From IMG/VR virus record IMGVR_UViG_3300005573_000006, positions 27,308-91,307 of that record: 64,000 nucleotides of DNA. One strand, written 5' to 3'. The position numbers and the translations under genes were made by a program. The DNA is from a virus. Below the pieces are notes generated by a model that was not told the DNA's origin, did no database searches, and saw only the letters and a program-made list of their open reading frames with translations. Below, one piece after another: positions 38,341-46,378 of this stretch; position 1 is the first letter of the stretch, and each line of letters opens with the position of its first letter.

Positions 38341-38386
38341 CTGTGCACAACTTACTATTGCAAAAAAAACAAAAATCTGTTATACT
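38341..38386 (+). promoter_or_regulatory. Box-coupled promoter for the tRNA/ncRNA operon
   Basis: CTGTGCACAACT-N5-TTGCAA-N17-TATACT with extended TG. Confidence 0.7.
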
Positions 38387-38461
38387 TGAGCTGTAAATTA
38401 AAAAGTATATAAAATAACACAAATCGCCCTTTTGTCAAGAATAGAAGAAGAAATAAAAGAT

Positions 38462-38530
38462 CGCGGCTTGGTGTAATGGTAACACGTGAGGTTCATATCC
38501 TCAAGATCACGTTCAAATCGTGGGCCGCAA
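38462..38530 (+). tRNA. tRNA-Met (CAT), initiator-like C1:A72 mismatch, short T-stem, no encoded CCA
   Basis: Acceptor CGCGGCT/GGCCGCA, D-arm GTGT-AATGGTA-ACAC, anticodon arm TGAGG-TTCATAT-CCTCA, T-arm CACG-TTCAAAT-CGTG. Confidence 0.85.
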
Positions 38531-38539
38531 CATCAAATA

Positions 38540-38923
38540 AATATTGTAGTTAATGTTTGTTGTAAATATGTTGCTAGTTATAGTAACATAAATTAACAGA
38601 AAAACACTACAATATTAGATTGATAAATAGTTTTCATGTTCCATGTTAGGGCATCGCCCGTTATTGGCTGATTACTATTTAGTCCATGTTAAACTGATGT
38701 TCCGTTATATTTGTTGTAAAATAAATATATCTACATTAGTTTAACCGGTGAGAAGCACAAGAAGCAGGAAAACATAGAAGAACTGCGAATGTTACTTCTC
38801 CGGTATTGTCCGGATAAAAAACTGCTTGTGCTTCAATACTAGACATTAAACATATCTGTTCGTTGCGTGTTATTCAATTCATGATGGACCGAACGAAGTT
38901 TACAAATGATATATTTGATGTCT
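38540..38923 (+). ncRNA. Array of five consecutive long irregular hairpins
   Basis: Stems at 38540-38616, 38624-38681, 38688-38745, 38752-38834 and 38841-38923, separated by 6-7 nt; no plus-strand ORF in the track. Confidence 0.6.
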
Positions 38924-38951
38924 GATATTGGAATATAGAACATTTACAATA

Positions 38952-39308
38952 AAAGAATGTTTTAACCTCCGTCTGTGGCTGAAGAACCCTGATATGGAAC
39001 GGGGTAAGGCACGACGAAACTAACAAAGGGAGTTAACAAGGGTTAGAAGTAGTCGGTATACTGACAAAATAATTACTTATTCCTAAAACATGCCTCCAAA
39101 AACTGAATGAGGCAGTAGCGGTTAATACTGTAATACACGGAATGCATAACGGTATTATGGTATGCTACTTTGGATAAAAAAACGAGCACTTCGTAATCCC
39201 TTTTTAGATGGTGGGCCATCTAAACAAGAAAATATAAAAGCTGATAAAGTGCTTGAGTATTGGGATATAGACAGGAGTTGTCCCCAGACGGAGATTAAAG
39301 CATTCTTT
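38952..39308 (+). ncRNA. Large (~357 nt) structured RNA of unknown family
   Basis: ~23-bp closing helix AAAGAATGTTTTAA-C-CTCCGTCTG / CAGACGGAG-A-TTAAAGCATTCTTT enclosing at least 7 helices and 2 potential pseudoknots. Confidence 0.7.
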
Positions 39309-39331
39309 AGTAAAGAAATATAAAAGCAATT

Positions 39332-39517
39332 ATGAAAGAAGAAATTAAAAAAAAATATGACGAAGCAATGAAAGAAATGGAGTGTTGGGAAACCCAAAAG
39401 CATTTGAAGAATTGTAAGAAGTGTCAAGAAACAATAAGACAAATTTTAACTCCTAATCAACTTCAGAAGTTAAAAGATGCTATAAGTATTTTAAGTCAAA
39501 TTATTAAGACAAATTAA
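39332..39517 (+). CDS. Hypothetical protein (C..H..CxxC)
   Basis: 61-aa ORF after the ncRNA. Confidence 0.6.
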   Translation: MKEEIKKKYDEAMKEMECWETQKHLKNCKKCQETIRQILTPNQLQKLKDAISILSQIIKTN

Positions 39518-39662
39518 ATAATGAAAAGAGGTTAAAAAAAATAATAAAAGTTGCTATAATATAACCAGTTCTTAATCCCGTAGTTCGGGATAAGGATCAC
39601 CCATCCAAATGAGCTAGGTCTCGCCAACTCCATATCAAAGAGTTGGCAATTTTATAAAAGAT

Positions 39663-40496
39663 ATGAAAAAAATTATAGCCATTACATCTGGAGAAAAGAA
39701 TAAATTAAAACCATATATTGAAGCGTTTACTACTCCGGATACAATTCCTGTATTAATTCCAACATTTAACCTGTCTGAAGAAGAAATAGAGAATGAAGAA
39801 ACCTCTAATAAACTATTAAATATAGCAGAAAAAATAGCAGATAAGTTAGATGCATTAGTTTTATCTGGTGGTGAAGATATTAATCCAATAAACTATGGAC
39901 AAGATAATATTGCCGCAACAGGATGTAATAATTCAAGAGATAAAACAGAAGTGGCATTAGTAAATGCTTTTTCTAAAAGAAACAAACCTATCTTGGGTAT
40001 TTGTAGAGGACACCAAATATTAGGACTAATGTATGGATTAAACTATTTCGCCCAAGACCTAACAAAAGTAAGAGAACTACATAATGGAAATATTGCTGGT
40101 CTAAAAGATCGGAAAGAACCAGTCCACACTGTTTATGTATGGGGAAGTTATGCGGAATGGCTAAAAAAGAAAGGATATAAACAAAACGGAAATTTTATGA
40201 AAATGAATGTAAATTCATGGCATCATGAAGGTTTTGTGTTTCTGCCAAAAAGTATGGGAAGAATAAAAGAAAATAACCTTGCAGATTTTATTGAAAATTT
40301 TACAAAAGATACAGATTTAGAAATTATATTATCTACAAAAGCGGTAATAGAAGGATTTAGATCAATAACAAAACCGATATTAAGTTGCCAATACCATGCA
40401 GAAAGTTATCCAAAAAGCATATTTATAAAATACTTTCTTGAAGAATATGTATTAAAAAATGGGCCAAAAAATAGGTCGGTCGAAACAAAAAAATAG
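39663..40496 (+). CDS. Class I glutamine amidotransferase, peptidase C26 (PuuD-like gamma-glutamyl hydrolase)
   Basis: LVLSGGEDINP, PILGICRGHQ nucleophile elbow, VNSWHH, CQYHAE. Confidence 0.9.
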   Translation: MKKIIAITSGEKNKLKPYIEAFTTPDTIPVLIPTFNLSEEEIENEETSNKLLNIAEKIADKLDALVLSGGEDINPINYGQDNIAATGCNNSRDKTEVALVNAFSKRNKPILGICRGHQILGLMYGLNYFAQDLTKVRELHNGNIAGLKDRKEPVHTVYVWGSYAEWLKKKGYKQNGNFMKMNVNSWHHEGFVFLPKSMGRIKENNLADFIENFTKDTDLEIILSTKAVIEGFRSITKPILSCQYHAESYPKSIFIKYFLEEYVLKNGPKNRSVETKK

Positions 40497-40515
40497 TAAT
40501 ATTATAAAATAATAC

Positions 40516-40701
40516 ATGAAATATAAAGTAAAAGTATTAGTTGGGAAAGCATTTGAATGTGAAGTAGAAGCAGAAAACGAAGAAGAGGCCGAAGATAAAG
40601 CGGTATTATTGGCAAAACAAGATTATGAAGAAAAGGGAATAGAAAATGCAGATTTTTTTGTTGATAGTGTTGTTAATACAGAAGAGGAGAAATTTGAATA
40701 A
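40516..40701 (+). CDS. Small acidic protein (EVEAENEEEA, DpnD/PcfM-like)
   Basis: MKYKVKV...EVEAENEEEAEDKA. Confidence 0.75.
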   Translation: MKYKVKVLVGKAFECEVEAENEEEAEDKAVLLAKQDYEEKGIENADFFVDSVVNTEEEKFE

Positions 40702-40707
40702 AATAAC

Positions 40708-40731
40708 AGGGCCGAATAGAAATTCGGCCCT
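40708..40731 (+). terminator. GC-rich hairpin / terminator
   Basis: AGGGCCGAAT/ATTCGGCCCT. Confidence 0.6.
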
Positions 40732-40841
40732 TTAGCATATTTGTGAGGAGAGAGTTTAAAATGACAAAGAATCTTTTTTATGACCAAAAAGATTCAAAAT
40801 TTATAGGCCCGGATATCATCTCTCCTCATAAGTATATTAAA
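40731..40841 (+). ncRNA. Rod-shaped RNA with a large central internal loop
   Basis: TTTAGCATATTTGTGAGGAGAGA/TCTCTCCTCATAAGTATATTAAA closing stem, 15/23-nt bubble, GAATCTTTTT/AAAAAGATTC apical stem. Confidence 0.5.
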
Positions 40842-40878
40842 TAACCACATCTGTATTTATACAGATGTTTATAAACCA

Positions 40879-41910
40879 ATGTGCGGAATAGCATTTGTCA
40901 TGCGGAAAAACAAACATAATGCTAATAAAAGAATAAAACAACTATATTTTGCCCAGAAAAACAGAGGAACTGAAGGTTATGGATTCTTAAATATAAATAC
41001 ATTACAATGTTTTAGAGCAAAATATGAACATCAAATATTAAGTTTATTAGCAAAGAATAAAGCATCAGAAATTTTGTTTCATCATAGACGACCAACAAGT
41101 ACGGATAATACTCCAGAAACCGCACATCCAATATATTCAGGCAATAATTTTATAAATAAATATTATTTAGTTCATAATGGTACTATATCAAATGATCAAC
41201 AGTTATATGATAAACATACAAAACTTGGACTAAAATATTCTACATTTATCGGAAAAGACAAATACGGTATTCCAATATTTAACGATAGCGAATGTTTGTT
41301 ATTAGAACTCGGATTATATCTTGAAGGAAAACAAGAAAAATTAGAAACAATAGGTTCAGTAGCATTTGTTTTATTAGAAACAGACAAGAATAATACGCCA
41401 TTAAATTTATATTATGGAAGAAATTATGCAAGCGACTTAAAGTTTTTAGATACCGATACCGAAATGATTATTTCTTCAGAAGGAAATGGTAATTATATAG
41501 ATGTTAATGAACTAAATATTTATTGTTATAAAACAAAAGAATTTTCTAAAAAGAAACTGGAGTTTAAGAGAACGTCCTATCTTTATTATGAAAAAAATTA
41601 TTCATATAATAAAAACTACGATAATATAAATTTAACTAATGAAAAAGATGATTCTTCACCAATAGAACATAAAACAGACATTCAGACGGAATCGGATTTC
41701 TTGCAAGAACTAACAGATGAAGAGTTACAAGAGTATAAACAAGACGCAGAAGGACAAATAGAAGTGGCAACTATGTCATTACTTAAAACAAATGATAGAA
41801 ACGAGGGAGATAGACTTCAAGAAGAAAAAAGGGAAGCTCAAGAATTTTTAAATGAAATAAACAAAGAAATAAAAAGAAGGTCGGAGAACAAGAAAAAACT
41901 TTTGTGTTAA
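40879..41910 (+). CDS. Class II (Ntn) glutamine amidotransferase
   Basis: MCGI N-terminal Cys, RGTEGYG, HHRRPT, AHP, VHNGTI, NDSE. Confidence 0.9.
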   Translation: MCGIAFVMRKNKHNANKRIKQLYFAQKNRGTEGYGFLNINTLQCFRAKYEHQILSLLAKNKASEILFHHRRPTSTDNTPETAHPIYSGNNFINKYYLVHNGTISNDQQLYDKHTKLGLKYSTFIGKDKYGIPIFNDSECLLLELGLYLEGKQEKLETIGSVAFVLLETDKNNTPLNLYYGRNYASDLKFLDTDTEMIISSEGNGNYIDVNELNIYCYKTKEFSKKKLEFKRTSYLYYEKNYSYNKNYDNINLTNEKDDSSPIEHKTDIQTESDFLQELTDEELQEYKQDAEGQIEVATMSLLKTNDRNEGDRLQEEKREAQEFLNEINKEIKRRSENKKKLLC

Positions 41911-41914
41911 ATAT

Positions 41915-42325
41915 ATGTTTAGCAAAAAATTTATAAAACGACTCCTCCGTCATCCAGAAATGGCTAAATGTCCGGATTGTAGATACAAAATGGTTAGAAG
42001 GGGTAATTATTTTATATGTGAAAATATAAATTGTGGAACTGGTATAGATATATCGGATTTTTATTTAACCGCAGGAGGTAAATTCAGAAAAAGAAATCCT
42101 ACCGTAGATGAATATAAAAATACAGAAGATAAAAAAGAGACTATTTTTGTAATGAATAGATTTAAATTAGAAGATAAACCGTATAAAATAAACGAAACCT
42201 CTAGTTATAATCCGGTAACAAGACAATTATTTATAAACAATAATGAAATACCAGAAAATATTACAGATGAAACAAAACATTTAGAATTAATAGAAACTAT
42301 TCAAACAATATTAAATGCCAAATAA
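41915..42325 (+). CDS. Zn-ribbon protein
   Basis: CPDC...CENINC. Confidence 0.65.
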   Translation: MFSKKFIKRLLRHPEMAKCPDCRYKMVRRGNYFICENINCGTGIDISDFYLTAGGKFRKRNPTVDEYKNTEDKKETIFVMNRFKLEDKPYKINETSSYNPVTRQLFINNNEIPENITDETKHLELIETIQTILNAK

Positions 42326-43685
42326 CATAACCGAAAACAACATAACCGCATCGGAGATACTATCATGGTGGGAAACGGCAAGGCAGTTAGTAAATAGAAC
42401 GCAATCAATTAATAACAAAACACAAAAAAGATCAAATATTAAAAAAATGGTAACTTTTGATAAATGTTTTGATTGTTTAGAAAAACTCGGAGAAGAACAG
42501 TTTATTTATGAAAACCATGTTTACTGTAAAGAATGTTATAATAATAAAATACAAGAATGTGGTCGATGTCATCAGAAAGAAAAAAATAAAAATAACTTTA
42601 TAAATGCAGTAATAGAAGAAGGTGAAAAACAAACAAAAATAGTATTATGTCCAGATTGTATAAGATTATTACAATTACAAAAATGTAGTTTTAATAATTG
42701 TCCAATTTTCTTTAAAAAAGATCAAAAACTTTTATGTGAATTATGTAATAAATATTACTGTAAAGTTCATATAAACGGTCACAATTGTTCCATTGGAGAA
42801 CCAACATTTTTGTATCATCGTTATAGTAGTCAAAAACAAACAGGAAGTATTGAAAAAGCCAAATTTATAAAAAACAAACGACATGTCGGAATAGAATTAG
42901 AATGTGTAAATGGAAACCCTAATAAATTAAAAGACAATGAATTAGATAGAAGAATTGGTGTTGGACACGATGGATCCGTAAGAGGAATGTGGCCATTAGA
43001 AATACAAACACCACCAGCAAGTGCCAGTAAACTAGAAGATATTATATTTCATGTAACAAAAACATTGCGGTTAGCCGGTTACAAAGTAAATAAAAGCTGT
43101 GGAGTTCATATACATATTGACAGTGAAGATTTCCGTGACGATCCTGTAAAAATATTCAATATTATATCATTATATTATGCGGTTGAACCGCTTATTTATG
43201 CAATGTTACCGGAATCCAGAAAAAATAATAAATATGCTCTTCCATTAAGTAATTGGATAGATGCACCAAAGATGATGACGCTTGCCCGTAAAAGGATGAC
43301 ACTTGACGAATTAGAAAAAGAATGGTTTAAGGCAAGAAGTAACAGCGAAGTAAGTAGATATAAAGGAAACAAATATGATAGTAGTCGTTATCATGGTTGT
43401 AATTTACATTCATTGTTTGCTTATGGACACATAGAAATACGGTATCATCACGGAACACTAAATGCAACAAAACTTATAAACTGGATAAACTTACATTTAT
43501 TATTAATAGACTGGGCAGTAAATAAATATAACAAAAATGTTATTGATGCACTTCTTGCAACAGACAAACCATTAATAAAATTAAGACTTCTAGTAAGACA
43601 TTTAGGAATGGACAATGTATTAAGACGTTATATAATACGTAGATTAAAAAAGTTTTCAAATTCTAATATAGAAGATATTGAATAA
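42315..43685 (+). CDS. Putative amidoligase (Amidoligase_2) with Cys-rich N-terminus
   Basis: GIELEC, HDGSV, LEIQTPP, NKSCGVHIHI, RYHGCN, IEIRYHHGT. Confidence 0.9.
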   Translation: MPNNITENNITASEILSWWETARQLVNRTQSINNKTQKRSNIKKMVTFDKCFDCLEKLGEEQFIYENHVYCKECYNNKIQECGRCHQKEKNKNNFINAVIEEGEKQTKIVLCPDCIRLLQLQKCSFNNCPIFFKKDQKLLCELCNKYYCKVHINGHNCSIGEPTFLYHRYSSQKQTGSIEKAKFIKNKRHVGIELECVNGNPNKLKDNELDRRIGVGHDGSVRGMWPLEIQTPPASASKLEDIIFHVTKTLRLAGYKVNKSCGVHIHIDSEDFRDDPVKIFNIISLYYAVEPLIYAMLPESRKNNKYALPLSNWIDAPKMMTLARKRMTLDELEKEWFKARSNSEVSRYKGNKYDSSRYHGCNLHSLFAYGHIEIRYHHGTLNATKLINWINLHLLLIDWAVNKYNKNVIDALLATDKPLIKLRLLVRHLGMDNVLRRYIIRRLKKFSNSNIEDIE

Positions 43686-43703
43686 ACAGAAAGGAAATAT
43701 ACT

Positions 43704-44708
43704 TTGTGTGGAATACTTTACCTAAAATCAAATAATGGACAACCTGTTGGTAAATATGCAGAAATTGTCTATCAATACCAAAAAAATAGAGGCCAGAATG
43801 GGTGGGGAATGGTAGAGGTTAAAAAAGACAAGATAACTGTTAGTAGATTCACAAAAGAAAATGATGCCGTAAAAGCATTAAAAGAATCAAATGCTCCAGA
43901 AATATTGTTTCACAACAGATTTCCGACAAGCACAAACAATACAGTTAAGACAAATCACCCTATTGTATCAATAAATCCAGCATATAAACATAATTATTAT
44001 TTTATACATAACGGTATAATAGGAAACGATTTACAGTTAAAAATAGATCATGAAAAACTTGGAATAAAATATAATACAGTAGAAGATTATAGGTTTAATG
44101 ACAGCGAATCATTGATGCATGAATTAATATTGATTATAGAAGGAATAAAAAAGCCAGAAGAGTTTGCAGCAAAAGGATCTTTGGCGTTTATTATGCTACA
44201 AACAGACAAAACAGACCATGCAGAAGCGTTGTATTATGGCAGATGGGGAAATCCGTTAAAATTTACAAATATAAAAGGAATGATGGTATTAAGATCTGAG
44301 TGTCCCAAAACAGAAGATATAGAAGAAAACAAATTATTTAGATATGATTATAAGAAAAAAACTATAACATGTCAAGATATTATGTTTGGAGAAAGAGTTA
44401 AGTTATTACAACTTCCACAAAACAAAAAACAACCAAAGAAAATTGATACAGACATAACAAAATTTACAGAAGTAATTAAACTATTGTATGGACACCAATA
44501 TATAAACGAAACATTGCTCAAAAATATTGGACGTAATGAAATGGCTCTTCTGTTAGTAGCCGCAAGAAAAATTAAAAGAGAATTACAATTACAAATGGAA
44601 TCTGCAATAATCAATAATAAAGATATATCAGACGAAATTTGGCCAAAAATACATTATGATAGAGCAGTTTTTAATCTGTCAACAATTAATGATTTTATTA
44701 AAGAATAA
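43704..44708 (+). CDS. Class II (Ntn) glutamine amidotransferase, second paralog
   Basis: TTG start with AAGGA SD; MCGI, RGQNGWG, HNRFPT, NHP, IHNGII, NDSE. Confidence 0.9.
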   Translation: MCGILYLKSNNGQPVGKYAEIVYQYQKNRGQNGWGMVEVKKDKITVSRFTKENDAVKALKESNAPEILFHNRFPTSTNNTVKTNHPIVSINPAYKHNYYFIHNGIIGNDLQLKIDHEKLGIKYNTVEDYRFNDSESLMHELILIIEGIKKPEEFAAKGSLAFIMLQTDKTDHAEALYYGRWGNPLKFTNIKGMMVLRSECPKTEDIEENKLFRYDYKKKTITCQDIMFGERVKLLQLPQNKKQPKKIDTDITKFTEVIKLLYGHQYINETLLKNIGRNEMALLLVAARKIKRELQLQMESAIINNKDISDEIWPKIHYDRAVFNLSTINDFIKE

Positions 44709-44736
44709 CATAAAAATCATTTATTGTTAAAATAAT

Positions 44737-45384
44737 ATGAATGCGGAAACGGCAAAACAATTAATAACAAAAATCCCATTTTTACTCGAAAAATTTGATA
44801 AAAGACAAATAGATATTTTAAGGTTTAAGTGGGGAGCAGAAGACGGATTATTTCATTCTCCAAAGGCAGTGATTAAAAGACTAAAGATTAATATGTCCGA
44901 AAATGATATAAAAAATCTTGAGGATGATGCGATTAGAACAATAGAAGATGAAATGGATACTATATTTAGATGCCCAAGATGCGGAACCGATGTAAGAAAA
45001 TGCGGAATACATAAAACAATAACTGGTTATCAACAATCAGAAATATTTATATCTGCCATCGGTATACCAACAAGAGTAAATAATCCCGTGTTTCAACCAT
45101 ATGAATATAGAAATACCAAACATGTAAGTTTTAAATGTATAAACTGCGATGGAGAATTTAGGCCAGATGACGCTATTACAATGTTTTTAGAAAATAATTT
45201 AAGACCAGAAACAATAATCGCATATATGATGAGATTCAAAAAAGTTGAAGAAAAAAAGGTTTTAGAAGCAGAAATGCCAAAAATTAAAAAACTATCAGAT
45301 TATTACACAATACCATATCAGTCACCACAAGAGATTGGTATTGATAATTCAGTTTTTACATCCAATGAACCAAGATTACAATAA
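44737..45384 (+). CDS. Sigma70 region-4-like HTH fused to a Zn ribbon
   Basis: LEKFDKRQIDILRFKWGAEDG...IKNLEDDAIRTI parallels sigma r4 (L..RE..IL.LRFGL.DG...VRQIE.KALRKL); CPRC and CINC. Confidence 0.6.
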   Translation: MNAETAKQLITKIPFLLEKFDKRQIDILRFKWGAEDGLFHSPKAVIKRLKINMSENDIKNLEDDAIRTIEDEMDTIFRCPRCGTDVRKCGIHKTITGYQQSEIFISAIGIPTRVNNPVFQPYEYRNTKHVSFKCINCDGEFRPDDAITMFLENNLRPETIIAYMMRFKKVEEKKVLEAEMPKIKKLSDYYTIPYQSPQEIGIDNSVFTSNEPRLQ

Positions 45385-45404
45385 ACAGTTAAAATAATAC
45401 TATA

Positions 45405-45680
45405 ATGTTAGAATCATACACAAATATTAAAGGAAATAAAGTTATAATTAAAAAATTGACAGATAAAGAGTTAGTTCTTTCTTATAAGTTCTTTCAAAAT
45501 TTAGTCCGTAAGATTTGTGGAAATACGAATCCCAAAGATTCTATCGTTTCTGCAAACAGCCCGGAAATAGATCAGGCTGGCAACCTGATAAAGGTAAGGG
45601 ACTCTTTAAAAGAAGAAATAAAAAACAGAAAAATAAAGATGTCCCTATTCCAAAATAATCACTTACCTGATAAAGAGTGA
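45405..45680 (+). CDS. Hypothetical protein
   Basis: 91 aa in operon orientation. Confidence 0.65.
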   Translation: MLESYTNIKGNKVIIKKLTDKELVLSYKFFQNLVRKICGNTNPKDSIVSANSPEIDQAGNLIKVRDSLKEEIKNRKIKMSLFQNNHLPDKE

Positions 45681-45714
45681 TATTTTGGCGGTATATAACA
45701 TATATCGTAAAGCA

Positions 45715-45954
45715 GTAATAATACAAAGAAATACATCTCTGCAACGAAACAAAGGTCTAAGACTGGACATTGGTTATTCGTCTTGTATTATGGAAGTTGT
45801 GTCGGTAACGACTCCCCAATCTGGCTATAACCAGTGCGGTAACAGAATAACAGTCTTGTTGCCAAATGGCAACTACTATAATAAGAATAATTTGTAGTGT
45901 GTAGTCAGGACAGTTGTTGAATTAAAGAGGACATTTTTCTCATTGTATTATTAT
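45715..45954 (+). ncRNA. ~240-nt structured RNA of unknown family
   Basis: Closing stem GTAATAATACAA/TTGTATTATTAT; inner AAGACTG/CAGTCTT, CATTGGTTAT/ATAACCAGTG, TTGCCA/TGGCAA. Confidence 0.5.
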
Positions 45955-45961
45955 GATAGTA

Positions 45962-46011
45962 ATCACCGTGGGGAAAAGCCTAATTGCAAGATGCAACTTC
46001 TTGCCGGTGAT
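45962..46011 (+). ncRNA. tRNA-like minihelix element 1
   Basis: ATCACCG/CGGTGAT (7 bp) stacked on GCAAGA-TGCAACT-TCTTGC (6 bp, 7-nt loop); one short connector hairpin. Confidence 0.55.
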
Positions 46012-46134
46012 CATAAGTAAGAACCGATAGTGGTCGGTATATCGGAATATTATAAATATTAGCTAATATTTATATTGATATAAAACATTGAGGCCGCCGG
46101 CAACAATGTATAAATATCAATATCTAACAATAGG

Positions 46135-46368
46135 ATGGGAGTAGTAGATACAATCGTCCAGAAGTTTAAATTACTAGCAGGTGGCAAAACCAGAAGACTT
46201 CTGTTTAAAGAGGGAATAGTTGATGAAAACGGAGTGCCCACAAAAATCGGCCGCACATTGGCTCGTAGATTGATGGGAGAAGAGTATATTGCCGAACATG
46301 CAGAAGAAATTGCGGCAAAACTTGGAGAATATGCAAAATTGTCAAAGGCCGAAGACGAAGAAGACTAA
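46135..46368 (+). CDS. Hypothetical protein with acidic C-terminus
   Basis: 77 aa flanked by structured elements. Confidence 0.75.
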   Translation: MGVVDTIVQKFKLLAGGKTRRLLFKEGIVDENGVPTKIGRTLARRLMGEEYIAEHAEEIAAKLGEYAKLSKAEDEED

Positions 46369-46378
46369 ACCAGTCTTC

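Noticed and set aside
38305-38412. 35-aa ORF after AGGGGGT
   Set aside because: Runs through the box-coupled promoter and poly-A tracts; probably incidental
38540-38923. CRISPR or mini-array
   Set aside because: The hairpins share no repeat sequence; no cas genes in the window
38979-39020. Hammerhead-like CTGAAGA...GAAAC in the large RNA
   Set aside because: GAAA does not follow stem II directly (10 extra nt), and I found no stem III or NUH cleavage site
38952-39308. RNase P RNA, tmRNA or group I intron identity
   Set aside because: No GAGGAAAGTCC/P4, no tRNA-like ends or tag frame, no P7 pair, and no interrupted gene
45685-45897. 70-aa ORF in the track
   Set aside because: TTG start, no SD, atypical composition; overlaps a strongly paired region better explained as RNA
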